From positions 3,030,001 through 3,062,000 of the forward strand of contig NC_014972.1 of NCBI RefSeq assembly GCF_000186885.1: DNA of 32,000 nucleotides. The letters run 5' to 3'. A model generated the notes under the pieces. The model ran no database searches, was not told the origin of the DNA, and saw only the letters and a list, made by a program, of their open reading frames with translations. Of the stretch, positions 8,591 through 18,395 are shown one piece after another (position 1 is the first letter of the stretch; each line of letters opens with the position of its first letter). The position numbers and the translations under genes were made by a program. Source of the stretch: Desulfobulbus propionicus DSM 2032. GTDB lineage: Bacteria; Desulfobacterota; Desulfobulbia; Desulfobulbales; Desulfobulbaceae.

Positions 8591-10171
8591 TTAAATAATG
8601 ATCAGGCCCTTGATCCAAAAATAGGCGATTGCCCCCACCAAGAAGATCCCATACGCCGAAACAGCTGCCACGCTGACGCGAAAAACCAGTTGCTCTTTTC
8701 GTTTCTCGGTCTCTTTTTCAATGTAGGGAATGGCGCAGACCACCGGCACGCCGATATATTCCTCCAAATCGCCCACATCCTTGAACGATGTGTCGATGAA
8801 GTCGAGCACAAACACAGAACCGACGCTCAGGCCCAAACTGACGGCAATCGCGACAAGAAAAATTTTCAAAAAATTTGGCTTGGATGGTTTCTCGGGAAGG
8901 CGGGCCGAATCGACGATCTTGAACTTGCTGCCCTTCTGATTTCGCTCCAAATTCTCCGCCGACTGGGCCTGCAGATTTTGCGCGACAAGCTGGTCGTAAT
9001 GACGGCGCAACTCGTTGTAATCCCGGGTCAAGCCATTCCACTCCGCTTCACGGATGGGAGCGGCTTCAATATAGCGTTGGTATTTGGCGATCTGGGGGGG
9101 GATAGTCGCCAGCTCCTCTCTCAACTGGCTGATATTGAGGTCAATTTGTTTCAATTGGACCTGCAGCCGTTGGCTTTCCAATCCTGCGGCGATGGCGGCC
9201 CGGTTCGAAGAAGCCGAGGCTGGTCCCTGTTGCACCGATGTCGGCCCTTTCCCCACTTTTTGCTCCAACTGTTCAATCAGCTGTTTGGTTCGGCGAACCT
9301 CGGGATGCTTGTCCGTATATTTTCCCTGCAGGTTCTCGAGATACAGCCGCATTCGCTGCAACCGTTCGGCATCGGTTTCCGGAAGCCTGGCCGCCTGGTT
9401 TGCAATGGGCTCGCTGCTCATGCGCATCGCGGCCAGGCGCTGCTGCATGCTCGCTTGCTCCTGGGCCATGACCTTGGTGCGCTCAAGTTCTTGAATTGAA
9501 TTTTGAATTCCCTGATTTTGCTGGATCAGCGCCTGCAATTGAGCGAGGTTGCTTTGCCGCTGATCCGGCATCTCATTGAAATATTTGAGTTTGTAATCTC
9601 GCATCTGCTGTTCTTTTTCGTCCAAAACCTTCTTGGCCATCGCCAGCTCACTCTCCGTGTATCTGGAGGTCTCGGTGGCTCGCTCTTCCCGATATTTGAG
9701 ATTTTCTTCGATAAACAAAGAAGCCAAGGCGTTGGTGACTTTCATCACCTTTTGCGGATCAAGCCCCTGGTAGGAAACGCTGAAAATATCGCCTTTGTTT
9801 GATGGCGTGATGCTGATATCCTTGCGCATCGTTTCAATGACATCTTCAATCGGCAACTTTTTCCGTGCTTCCTCGTACAGAGAAAACTGAACGATCACCT
9901 TTTCAAGGCTGTTCCGACTGGTTACTAATTCTTTCAAGGTCGCCAACGATTCCTGCAGGCGACTCCTTCCCTGCTCAGGATCCATTTTCGCCGGATTAAT
10001 CTGCTGCTGTTCGTAGCTGAGCAAGGCGGTGCTTTGATAGGTTTTCGGCAGAGAGAAATAATATCCCAATCCAATGGTCAGGCCGACAAGCAAACTGATG
10101 CTGATGAGACGCCACCGATGAATGACGAGATCCACATATTTTTTGATCAACTGCCGCTGCTTAACGTCCAT
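8591..10171 (-). CDS. Polysaccharide chain-length determinant / co-polymerase (Wzz-GNVR family)
   Basis: N-terminal TM after VIHRWRLISISLLVGLTIGLGYYF, long coiled-coil, C-terminal PEKPSKPNFLKIFLVAIAVSLGLSVGSVFVLDFIDTSFKDVGDLEEYIGVPVV, typical of GNVR/Wzz proteins. Confidence 0.9.
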   Translation of the reverse strand: MDVKQRQLIKKYVDLVIHRWRLISISLLVGLTIGLGYYFSLPKTYQSTALLSYEQQQINPAKMDPEQGRSRLQESLATLKELVTSRNSLEKVIVQFSLYEEARKKLPIEDVIETMRKDISITPSNKGDIFSVSYQGLDPQKVMKVTNALASLFIEENLKYREERATETSRYTESELAMAKKVLDEKEQQMRDYKLKYFNEMPDQRQSNLAQLQALIQQNQGIQNSIQELERTKVMAQEQASMQQRLAAMRMSSEPIANQAARLPETDAERLQRMRLYLENLQGKYTDKHPEVRRTKQLIEQLEQKVGKGPTSVQQGPASASSNRAAIAAGLESQRLQVQLKQIDLNISQLREELATIPPQIAKYQRYIEAAPIREAEWNGLTRDYNELRRHYDQLVAQNLQAQSAENLERNQKGSKFKIVDSARLPEKPSKPNFLKIFLVAIAVSLGLSVGSVFVLDFIDTSFKDVGDLEEYIGVPVVCAIPYIEKETEKRKEQLVFRVSVAAVSAYGIFLVGAIAYFWIKGLIII

Positions 10172-10208
10172 AATTCAACAATTTACCGTTTAAACTGAAA
10201 TTTTTTCC

Positions 10209-10880
10209 ATGATCAACGCGAGCTCCACCACCTGTGTCATTGGCGATATCCACGGTTGCAATGCGGCGCTCACCGTTTTATTGCAACAAGTCCAACATCG
10301 CGCCGACACCATCGTTTTTCTCGGCGACTATGTCGATCGCGGCCCGCAATCCAAAGAAGTCGTGGCAACCATACTTTCCTTGCAAAAAACACACCCCCGA
10401 GTTGTGCCGCTCATGGGCAACCATGATTTTCTCTTCCTTCAGTACCTCGAAGGCCGGGACAGTTCGGTTTTTCTTCAAGTCGGCGGCCTGCAGACTCTGG
10501 CCAGTTATGGCCTACATCCTGCAGAGGGGGCTGAGGCCATCAAGCAGCGAGTGCCTCTTGAGCATATTGCGTTTTTTCGCAGCCTTTCCCTCTTTTGGCA
10601 CGATCAACACGGCATCTATGTCCACGCAGGATTGGAACCCGGTCGTCATCTCAGCCAACAGACATCGCATTGGTGCCTGTGGGCTCGGGAACAATTCCTG
10701 CAAAGTCGTTACAATTTCGGCAAGCCCGTTGTCTTTGGCCACACCGTTTTCGACGACCCCTTTCTGACGGCTGACAAAATCGGCATCGACACAGGCGCGG
10801 TCTATAACGGCAAGCTCTCTGCCTTATTGTTGCCAATGAGGGAGGTGGTCAGCGTGCCGGGAAATCCCGACACGCGGTGA
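10209..10880 (+). CDS. PPP-family metallophosphatase (serine/threonine phosphatase or diadenosine-tetraphosphatase-like)
   Basis: GDIHG, GDYVDRGPQ, GNHDF, VYVHAG-like motif (YVHAGLEPG) and VFGHT. Confidence 0.9.
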   Translation: MINASSTTCVIGDIHGCNAALTVLLQQVQHRADTIVFLGDYVDRGPQSKEVVATILSLQKTHPRVVPLMGNHDFLFLQYLEGRDSSVFLQVGGLQTLASYGLHPAEGAEAIKQRVPLEHIAFFRSLSLFWHDQHGIYVHAGLEPGRHLSQQTSHWCLWAREQFLQSRYNFGKPVVFGHTVFDDPFLTADKIGIDTGAVYNGKLSALLLPMREVVSVPGNPDTR

Positions 10881-10927
10881 CATGGTTCTATGGTAAATGA
10901 AAGAGAGGGAAATGACAAAGAAGTTAA

Positions 10928-11845
10928 CTACAATTCCTCGAAAATAAACGGCATGGCTGCCGACAAGATGTCCCGTTCCGTCAGGAGCATGAACAACCTG
11001 TCCACCCCGAGAGCAATACCGGCGGTCTCCGGAACCCTGGATAAATCCGCCAGAAAGTTCTCCGGCATGGATGCAGTGCGGCCCTGAGAGTGGATAGCGT
11101 CTATCTCCGCGGCAAAACGTGACCGTTGTTCCTCGGGATCGATCAACTCGGAAAAGCCGTTGGCCAGTTCGATTCCAGCAACATACAATTCAAACCGTTC
11201 CGCTACGTCAGGCGTTCTCTGGCTGCGACGGGCAAGCGATCCCAGCGAAATCGGATAATCGTAGAGGAAAACTGGCCGATCCTTGCCCAGATGCGGCTCT
11301 ATCGCCGTGACCAAGATCTCGTCAAACATCCCCGTTCGTATGGCCTCGCTGACCGAGATACCGGCGAACATGTCAAAGGCATCCGCCACGGTCAAGCGGT
11401 CCCATGGGCGGGTCATAGCGACACGGTGATCCCGCCAGCACAGCAAGCTCCCATGGACGCCCCTGAACATCGAGAAACCACGGTTCATCACGAAACAAAC
11501 AAGTTCCTCGCATTCTTGCATCAAATCAACATAATCCCAGCCCGTGTGGTACCACTCCAGCATGGTGAATTCCGATTGGTGCAACCGACCATGCTCCTCC
11601 TTGCGGAAACAATGACAGATTTGAAAAATTTGCGAACAGCCCCTTGCCAAAAGCCGTTTCATGCAGAGCTCGGGAGATGTGTGGAGAAAACAGCCTTCGC
11701 TGTTGAAGGGGACGATATTTGACTCGGGGAGAAGAACAGGAAGTCGCAGGGGCGTATCAACTTCCAGATAGGCGCGTTCGAGAAAAAACGAGCGAATGGC
11801 CTGCAGCAGGAAGGATCGCTGCCGCAGGCCGTGAGGACCGAGCAT
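10928..11845 (-). CDS. epmA: EF-P lysine lysyltransferase EpmA (GenX/PoxA; LysRS paralog)
   Basis: Class II synthetase core without anticodon domain: FLEVDTPLRLPVLLPESNI, LHTSPELCMKRLLARG, FQICHCFRKEE, HQSEFTMLEWY, ELANGFSELIDPEEQ, GIALGVDRLFML. ORF extends to 11923, but the start at 11845 avoids overlap with efp and matches family length. Confidence 0.93.
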   Translation of the reverse strand: MLGPHGLRQRSFLLQAIRSFFLERAYLEVDTPLRLPVLLPESNIVPFNSEGCFLHTSPELCMKRLLARGCSQIFQICHCFRKEEHGRLHQSEFTMLEWYHTGWDYVDLMQECEELVCFVMNRGFSMFRGVHGSLLCWRDHRVAMTRPWDRLTVADAFDMFAGISVSEAIRTGMFDEILVTAIEPHLGKDRPVFLYDYPISLGSLARRSQRTPDVAERFELYVAGIELANGFSELIDPEEQRSRFAAEIDAIHSQGRTASMPENFLADLSRVPETAGIALGVDRLFMLLTERDILSAAMPFIFEEL

Positions 11846-11852
11846 TGCCGGC

Positions 11853-12416
11853 TTATTCTTTAACGCGGGTGATATAGGTGCCGGTTCGGGTATCGATCTG
11901 AATCTTGTCACCCTGCTCGACAAAGGGCGGAACCTGCAGCTGAAAGCCGGTCTGCACGGTTACCGGTTTGGTGTCGGAACCGGAGGTATCGCCCTTGGCC
12001 CACGGGTCGGCGACCGTCACCTCCAGGTTGACAAAGGTCGGCAGGCTGATGTCGATGGGACGGTCGCCAAAAAACAACACTTCCACCTCCATGTTGTCGA
12101 TCAAAAAATTGAGATTGTCGCCTAACTGCTCCTTGGTCAAGAAAATCTGCTCGTAGGACGAGGTATCCATGAAGTGGTACTCGTTGTCCTGAGCGTAGAG
12201 AAACTGCATCTTCCTCTCTTCCAGATTGGGCCGTTCGAATTTGTCGTTGGAGCGATAGGTCTGGGTGAACTGAACCCCGGTGATCATGTTCCGCATTTTG
12301 GTCCGGTAGAGCGCCTGCCCCTTGCCCGGTTTGGAGAAATCGAACTCGGTGACGATATAGGGCTCGCCATCAATTTGAATTTTCAGGCCTTTGCGCAAAT
12401 CAGAAGCAGTATACAT
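11853..12416 (-). CDS. efp: Elongation factor P
   Basis: 187 aa; MYTASDLRKGLKIQIDGEPYIVTEFDFSKPGKGQALYRTKMRN with the modifiable loop Lys (PGKGQA); C-terminal GDKIQIDTRTGTYITRV. Confidence 0.97.
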   Translation of the reverse strand: MYTASDLRKGLKIQIDGEPYIVTEFDFSKPGKGQALYRTKMRNMITGVQFTQTYRSNDKFERPNLEERKMQFLYAQDNEYHFMDTSSYEQIFLTKEQLGDNLNFLIDNMEVEVLFFGDRPIDISLPTFVNLEVTVADPWAKGDTSGSDTKPVTVQTGFQLQVPPFVEQGDKIQIDTRTGTYITRVKE

Positions 12417-12605
12417 AGTTATCCTTAAGTCTTTATTTATCGGTTGATTTGAAGGGGAAGCATGTTACGGGAAGTCCTGTTTTTTTGCAACAGCTTCCTG
12501 CCCTGGTGATGAATTAATGCTGTCCGACCGTTCTCTGCTCTTGTTTTCACCCGGCCGATTCTATACAGTGGCGGCAAACTGTTCCTCAACCAACATCTGC
12601 AAGCC

Positions 12606-13100
12606 ATGGTCATTCGAGCTGGAGTCCTCTCCGATACGCACTTGATCCGGCCGGACAGCCGATTCAAAACACAGGTCGCGGCATGTTTCGCCACCTGCGA
12701 CATGATCATTCATGCCGGCGACCTCACCGACCTGTCAGTGTTGGAGGTGTTCGCCGGCCGGCCAGTCTACGCGGTGCACGGCAACATGTGCCATGCCTCG
12801 GTGCGGGACCGCTACCCACACCAGCTCCAATTCTCCATCGGCTCCTTTGTCATCGGCCTTACCCACGGCGCCGGCCTGGGATACGACATCGAAGCCGCCT
12901 TATGGGATCTTTTTCCCGAAGTGGACTGCATGATTTATGGCCACACTCATCGGCCTCTCTGCCGCCGGGTTGGCCGAATTCTTCTCCTGAACCCGGGCAG
13001 TTTCCAAGCAACCGGCCGCTACGGGGCCCCGGGCAGCTATGCCATCCTTGAGGCCGGAGATACCCTCCAGGCCCGTCTTTTTGACGTCCCGCAACTATGA
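12606..13100 (+). CDS. YfcE/MJ0936-family metallophosphoesterase
   Basis: GVLSDTHLI, HAGDLTD, VYAVHGNMC, LTHGAGLG, MIYGHTHRPLCRRVGRILLLNPGS. Confidence 0.9.
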   Translation: MVIRAGVLSDTHLIRPDSRFKTQVAACFATCDMIIHAGDLTDLSVLEVFAGRPVYAVHGNMCHASVRDRYPHQLQFSIGSFVIGLTHGAGLGYDIEAALWDLFPEVDCMIYGHTHRPLCRRVGRILLLNPGSFQATGRYGAPGSYAILEAGDTLQARLFDVPQL

Positions 13101-13603
13101 ATACCCTATGGACCCCCTGGCGCATGGACCATGTCCTTGGGACCGCGCCCAAGGTGACCGGTTGTTTGTTCGAACCGCCTGGAACCGAAGAACAGAACAA
13201 GGAACACCTGCTGCTCTATCGAGACTCCTGGACCGTGGTGCTGCTCAACCGTTTTCCCTATGCCAACGGCCATCTGCTGCTCGCTCCCCGGCGCCACCTT
13301 GCCGACTTGGCCGAATTGCAGCCGCAGGAGAAGAGCCGACTGATGGAGATGCTGACCGCCTGCTGCGCCATCCTGCGGCGTCATCTCCATCCGGACGGGA
13401 TCAACATCGGCCTCAATCTCGGCAAGGCTGCCGGCGCCGGCATCGCCGACCACCTGCACTTCCATCTTGTTCCCCGATGGGAGGGCGACCATAATTTCAT
13501 GACCGTGTGCGCGGAGATCAGAACCATCCCCCAGCATATCGAGCGGACCTTTGACTTGCTGCTGCCGGACTTCCAACTGCTGGCCACGCCAGCCATCCCA
13601 TGA
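13097..13603 (+). CDS. HIT domain protein (nucleotide hydrolase / AP4A phosphorylase-like)
   Basis: WTPWRMDHVLG, LLNRFPYANGHLLLAPRRHLADLAEL, and HIT motif HLHFHLVPRWEGDHNF. Overlaps the preceding gene by ATGA. Confidence 0.92.
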   Translation: MNTLWTPWRMDHVLGTAPKVTGCLFEPPGTEEQNKEHLLLYRDSWTVVLLNRFPYANGHLLLAPRRHLADLAELQPQEKSRLMEMLTACCAILRRHLHPDGINIGLNLGKAAGAGIADHLHFHLVPRWEGDHNFMTVCAEIRTIPQHIERTFDLLLPDFQLLATPAIP

Positions 13604-16269
13604 GCGCTTCACCCAAAATCACCCCCATGCTCCAGCAATACCTGGAGATCAAAGAGCAGTATCCTGGCACCATTCTCTTCTACCGCATGGGCGATTTTTA
13701 CGAAATGTTCTTCGAGGATGCGGTGGTCGCCGCCAAAGTCCTCGGCATCACCCTCACCTCCCGCAGTCACAAGGATGAGGCCAACAAGATTCCGATGTGC
13801 GGCGTGCCCTTCCATGCCGTATCCGGATACCTCGGCAAAATGGTCAAGGCCGGGTATCGGGTGGCCATCTGCGAACAGGTCGAGGACCCCAAGGAAGCCA
13901 AGGGAATTGTCAGGCGCGAGGTGATTCGCGTGGTTACTCCGGGCGTGACCACCGACGATCAACTCCTGGACGAAAAGGCCGACTGTTATGTTTGCGCCTT
14001 GGTGGTGCAGAAGAAATCGACCAAGGAACACCTCGCCGGCCTCGCCCTGCTCGACATTTCCACCGGTCGATTTCAAATTTGTGAGGTCAGCTTTTCGCCC
14101 AAAGATCCGGGCGCGCTGGTCGATGTTTTCTCCCGGCTCAGGCCCGCCGAGCTCCTCATCCCACAAGCAGAACTCGACACCCTGGCGCCGCTGACCCATC
14201 TGCTCAGCCAGCAGATGGGCCAACTCTGCCTGACCGCCAGGCCCGATTTTCATTTCGAGACAGTGACGGCGATCGCCACCCTGACCGAACACTTTCGCAC
14301 CGCCAATCTGGCTGGATTCGGCTGCGATGCCTACACGGCAGCCATCGATGCTGCCGGGGCCCTGCTCCTCTACCTGCGAGAGACGCAGAAATCAGAGCTG
14401 GCCCATGTCAAACGAATCATGCCCCTGCATCAGAGCGGTTACCTGATCATTGACGACGCTTCCCGTCGCAATCTGGAGCTGACCGAGACACTGGTCGGAG
14501 GGCAGCGCCAGGGGTCCCTGTTGGCAACGCTCGATCGTACCGCCACGCCCATGGGCGCCCGTCTGTTGCGCCGCTGGTTGCTGTTCCCCCTTCAGGACAG
14601 GAAAGAAATATTGCGCCGGCTTGACGGTGTCGAGGAACTGATCGAGCAACCAGCGGTACGGAATACCCTGCGGAGCCTGCTCGACTCGATCTACGACCTC
14701 GAACGTCTGAGCAGCCGCCTTGTCCTTGGCCACGGCAATGCCCGCGACTTGAGCGCCATCAAAACCTCGCTGGCCCAGCTGCCGGACCTGCATCACCAGC
14801 TCAACGGATGCACCTCGTCGTTGCTGCGAGCGATTGCCGAACGCTTTGATATCCTCGACGACCTCCATCGCTTGATTGACAGCGCCATCCGCGACGACGC
14901 CCCCATCACTCTGCGCGAGGGCAATCTCATTCGCGAAGACTACAACGCCGAACTGGATCACCTCCTGCGACTGCTCCGTGACGGCAAACAGATGATTCTC
15001 GATCTCGAGCATGCCGAACGGCAACGATCCGGCATAGCCAAACTCAAGGTGGGGTACAATAAGGTCTTTGGGTATTATTTCGAAATCAGCCGCAGTCAGA
15101 CGCAGGAACTTCCGGAGTACTTCATCCGCAAACAGACCCTGGTCAATGCGGAACGCTTCATCACCCCGGAACTGAAAGAACTGGAAAACGCCATCGTCAC
15201 CGCCCACGACAGGCGGCTTGAGCTGGAATACGCCCTTTTTCTCGATATCCGCGAGCACCTGGTTCAAAACGATCACCGTCTGCTGCAGGTGGCCGCGCAA
15301 CTCGCTGAGCTTGACGTACTCGCCTGTTTTGCCGAGGTGGCCACTCGATACCGTTACTGCCGCCCGCAGATCAATACCAATCGCACCATCACCATCAGCG
15401 AGGGAAGACATCCGGTTATCGAGCGGTCCATGGATCCGGGGCGATTCGTGCCCAACGATGTGCATCTGGACCAGGAACGCCATGAACTGCTGATCATCAC
15501 CGGACCCAACATGGCAGGTAAATCCACCGTTTTGCGCCAAACGGCCTTGATCGTGCTCATGGCGCACATTGGTTGTTTTGTCCCGGCGGAAAGCGCTGAT
15601 CTCTGTATCGTTGACCGCATCTTCACCCGGGTTGGCGCCATGGACGATCTGCGACGAGGCCAGTCGACCTTTATGGTGGAAATGAACGAGACCGCCAACA
15701 TCCTCAACAATGCCACCGAGGACAGCCTGGTAATCCTTGATGAAATCGGCCGCGGCACCTCGACCTATGACGGCCTAGCCATTGCCTGGGCGGTGGCCGA
15801 AGAATTGGCGCACAAAAACGGCCTGGGCATCAAGACGCTTTTTGCCACCCACTACCACGAGCTGACTGACCTGGCCGCGACCAGCGACAAAATTCAGAAT
15901 TATTCCATCGCGGTCAAAGAATGGAACGATTCGATCATTTTTCTGCACAAGTTGGTCAAAGGAGCCACCAATCGGAGCTATGGCATCCAGGTTGCCGCCT
16001 TGGCCGGTGTCCCTGAACACGTCATAACCCGTGCCTACACCATCCTCAAAAACATCGAACAAGGAGAGTTTACCCTTCAGGGGCAGCCAAAAATTGCGGC
16101 CGGCAAATCGGGGAAAAAACAGAATCCCATGCAGTTGCCGTTATTTTCTCCTGCAACGCACCCCTTGACGGATTTGCTGCGCACGATCAATCCAGATCTG
16201 CTCACCCCAAAGCAGGCTCTGGACTTCATCTACCAAGCCGTGGAATTAATGAAAAAAAACGAAGAATAA
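13600..16269 (+). CDS. mutS: DNA mismatch repair protein MutS
   Basis: 889 aa; TPMLQQYLEIKEQYPGTILFYRMGDFYEMFFEDA, ITGPNMAGKSTVLRQ, VDRIFTRVGAMDDLRRGQSTFMVEM, LDEIGRGTSTYDGLAIAWAV, KTLFATHYHEL. Confidence 0.99.
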   Translation: MSASPKITPMLQQYLEIKEQYPGTILFYRMGDFYEMFFEDAVVAAKVLGITLTSRSHKDEANKIPMCGVPFHAVSGYLGKMVKAGYRVAICEQVEDPKEAKGIVRREVIRVVTPGVTTDDQLLDEKADCYVCALVVQKKSTKEHLAGLALLDISTGRFQICEVSFSPKDPGALVDVFSRLRPAELLIPQAELDTLAPLTHLLSQQMGQLCLTARPDFHFETVTAIATLTEHFRTANLAGFGCDAYTAAIDAAGALLLYLRETQKSELAHVKRIMPLHQSGYLIIDDASRRNLELTETLVGGQRQGSLLATLDRTATPMGARLLRRWLLFPLQDRKEILRRLDGVEELIEQPAVRNTLRSLLDSIYDLERLSSRLVLGHGNARDLSAIKTSLAQLPDLHHQLNGCTSSLLRAIAERFDILDDLHRLIDSAIRDDAPITLREGNLIREDYNAELDHLLRLLRDGKQMILDLEHAERQRSGIAKLKVGYNKVFGYYFEISRSQTQELPEYFIRKQTLVNAERFITPELKELENAIVTAHDRRLELEYALFLDIREHLVQNDHRLLQVAAQLAELDVLACFAEVATRYRYCRPQINTNRTITISEGRHPVIERSMDPGRFVPNDVHLDQERHELLIITGPNMAGKSTVLRQTALIVLMAHIGCFVPAESADLCIVDRIFTRVGAMDDLRRGQSTFMVEMNETANILNNATEDSLVILDEIGRGTSTYDGLAIAWAVAEELAHKNGLGIKTLFATHYHELTDLAATSDKIQNYSIAVKEWNDSIIFLHKLVKGATNRSYGIQVAALAGVPEHVITRAYTILKNIEQGEFTLQGQPKIAAGKSGKKQNPMQLPLFSPATHPLTDLLRTINPDLLTPKQALDFIYQAVELMKKNEE

Positions 16270-16514
16270 TTACCGTTTCCCATGCCCTCACAGCGTGAGC
16301 CCGCCCCTTTCAAAAGTTAAAATTTTTAAACAGCCAACTCCCTATCAAAACATTCTTTTTAATTTTCAGGGCAACCATCCTGCGCAAAGTACAATTTCTT
16401 TTACCTTTGAGACCAAATACTGTATGTTTAAAAAATAATTGGCCTCATTCGCTCTCTTTCCGGTTATGGCGCATTCTCCCGTCACGGAATCCTCCACATC
16501 GAGATGTATCATCC

Positions 16515-18395
16515 ATGTGCGCATTGAATTTTCCCATACTGAAACGAACGCATCCTGTCTTCCCGGGAGTGCTTGCAATATTCGTTATTGGTGCCTTCTT
16601 TCTCGCCCTTCCCTTTCACCATGCGTGGGCGGCGCCTCAAGCAAGTATCAAAATCGCTTCCGGTCAAAAGGACACACCCGATCAACAATACCAAGCGGCA
16701 AAAAAGAATCTTTCGCGTCTTGAACAGGAAAAGGCGTTCGGCAAAGACCGGAGCAACTGGCTGAATAACGCAAGCAGTTTTCGACAACTTCATCGGTCGC
16801 AGAAAAAAGGAGAACTGGGGCCACCAAGCCTCTACATGACAGCAAAGGTCTACCGATTGACGTACAGTCGTTTCCACATTGCCGACGATCTGGACAAGGC
16901 TATGCTGGCGTATCGAGAATTGGCCGATCTCTATCCTGGCCATTACCTCGCCGATGACGCCCTTCTCGAAAGGGCAGAATTGCTTGCCGCCAATCGCGCC
17001 CATGAACAAGAGGTCCGCGCCTTGTACCAACAAATTGTCGATCTGTATCCCCAAGGGGACCAGTATCAAAAGGCTCGGACCTTTTTGTCTCCTCCCCAAA
17101 ACACAGAGGCAAAAAAAACAGCCGCCACCGCACCTTCCCCAATCGCGTCAAACGGTAACCTCGCGCACATTGCACCGGCTAAATTTTGGTCTTCCGCGGA
17201 ATACGGCAGGGTCGTGATCGAATCTTCGGCGCCCCTTTCCTTCAAGGAAACATTCAACCAAAGCAACGATCAGCACCACCGCCAGCTTGTGTTGGAGCTG
17301 GAGCAAAGCTTCATTGCCCCATCCTTGCGCGCCCCAACCCGCATGGAAGCCGGGCTCCTCAAGCAAGTTCAGACCATGCAGACCAACGACAAGACCGTGC
17401 AGGTGAGATTTGATTTCGAACCGTTTGCTGAATACAAGATTTTCACGTTGAATGACCCCTTTCGTATCATCGTCGATGTCCACGGACAGGGTGAGACAGT
17501 GAGCCTGGTCAGCAAGGACAAAGACCAGTCCCAGGCAGCTCCTGTTCCGGACCAACCTCTCCAAGGGACCACGGGCACGGTCAATGCCAACCCGATACCG
17601 ATTAGCCTAACCGATCTGAAAAAATTCCCGGCCGAGCAACGGCTGCCTCCCCAAGGGATAACACGTACGAAAAACAAAGAATCCCTTTCCCTCGCACAGC
17701 AATTGGGTCTTGGAGTGCGCAAGATCGTGATTGACCCGGGCCATGGAGGTAAGGACCCTGGAGCAATGGCCTTTGGCCTCAAGGAAAAGGACATCGTTCT
17801 GGCCATTGCCAAAAAGTTGGCCAACGTTCTCACGTCACGCTACAATTACGAGGTCATCCTCACCAGGACCAAGGATGTGTATCTTCCGCTTGAAAAACGC
17901 ACAGCGGTCGCAAATTCACAAAAATGTGACCTCTTCATTTCCATTCACATCAATGCCCACACCGATAAAGCCAGCGGCGGCATTGAAACCTACTTCCTCA
18001 ATTTAGCCACCGATGCGGGTGCCATGCGGGTGGCTGCGCTCGAGAATGCGACATCAACGCACAGCATTGGCGAATTGGAGGATATCTTGACCAATCTGAT
18101 GCGCAATGCCAAAATCGATGAATCGACCCGATTAGCCCGCTTCGTGCATACCACTCTCGTTTCGGGCTTGAAGGGCAAATATCCCGTTCGAGATCTGGGC
18201 GTGAAACAGGCGCCATTCTATGTATTGATCGGCGCGGAAATGCCAGCCATTCTTGCGGAATTGTCCTTCATTACCAATCCTGGCGAGGCAAAACTTTTAC
18301 AGACCGAGCAGTACCAAGACAGTATGGTCAACCAAATAGCCAATGGCATCAGCAATTATGTTGATCATCAGCGAACAGCCGCTGCCAGCCTGTGA
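16515..18395 (+). CDS. N-acetylmuramoyl-L-alanine amidase (TPR region + AMIN + Amidase_3), secreted
   Basis: Longest ORF begins 16407; start chosen at 16515, before signal-like segment FPGVLAIFVIGAFFLALPFHHAWAA. Zn-amidase motifs VIDPGHGGKDPGA, SIHINAHTD, GGIETYFLN, ERTAVAN, VLIGAEMPAILAELSFITN. Confidence 0.92.
   Translation: MCALNFPILKRTHPVFPGVLAIFVIGAFFLALPFHHAWAAPQASIKIASGQKDTPDQQYQAAKKNLSRLEQEKAFGKDRSNWLNNASSFRQLHRSQKKGELGPPSLYMTAKVYRLTYSRFHIADDLDKAMLAYRELADLYPGHYLADDALLERAELLAANRAHEQEVRALYQQIVDLYPQGDQYQKARTFLSPPQNTEAKKTAATAPSPIASNGNLAHIAPAKFWSSAEYGRVVIESSAPLSFKETFNQSNDQHHRQLVLELEQSFIAPSLRAPTRMEAGLLKQVQTMQTNDKTVQVRFDFEPFAEYKIFTLNDPFRIIVDVHGQGETVSLVSKDKDQSQAAPVPDQPLQGTTGTVNANPIPISLTDLKKFPAEQRLPPQGITRTKNKESLSLAQQLGLGVRKIVIDPGHGGKDPGAMAFGLKEKDIVLAIAKKLANVLTSRYNYEVILTRTKDVYLPLEKRTAVANSQKCDLFISIHINAHTDKASGGIETYFLNLATDAGAMRVAALENATSTHSIGELEDILTNLMRNAKIDESTRLARFVHTTLVSGLKGKYPVRDLGVKQAPFYVLIGAEMPAILAELSFITNPGEAKLLQTEQYQDSMVNQIANGISNYVDHQRTAAASL

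Noticed and set aside
8546-9499. 317-aa plus-strand ORF antisense to the Wzz-family gene
   Set aside because: Leu/Gln-rich mirror translation of a coiled-coil gene; no independent support.
10928-12416. efp-epmA pair as a novel system
   Set aside because: EF-P and its lysyltransferase EpmA are a known functional pair; adjacency is sensible and not new. EpmB is not in the window.
14392-15567. 391-aa minus-strand ORF antisense to mutS
   Set aside because: Shadow ORF within an unambiguous mutS gene.
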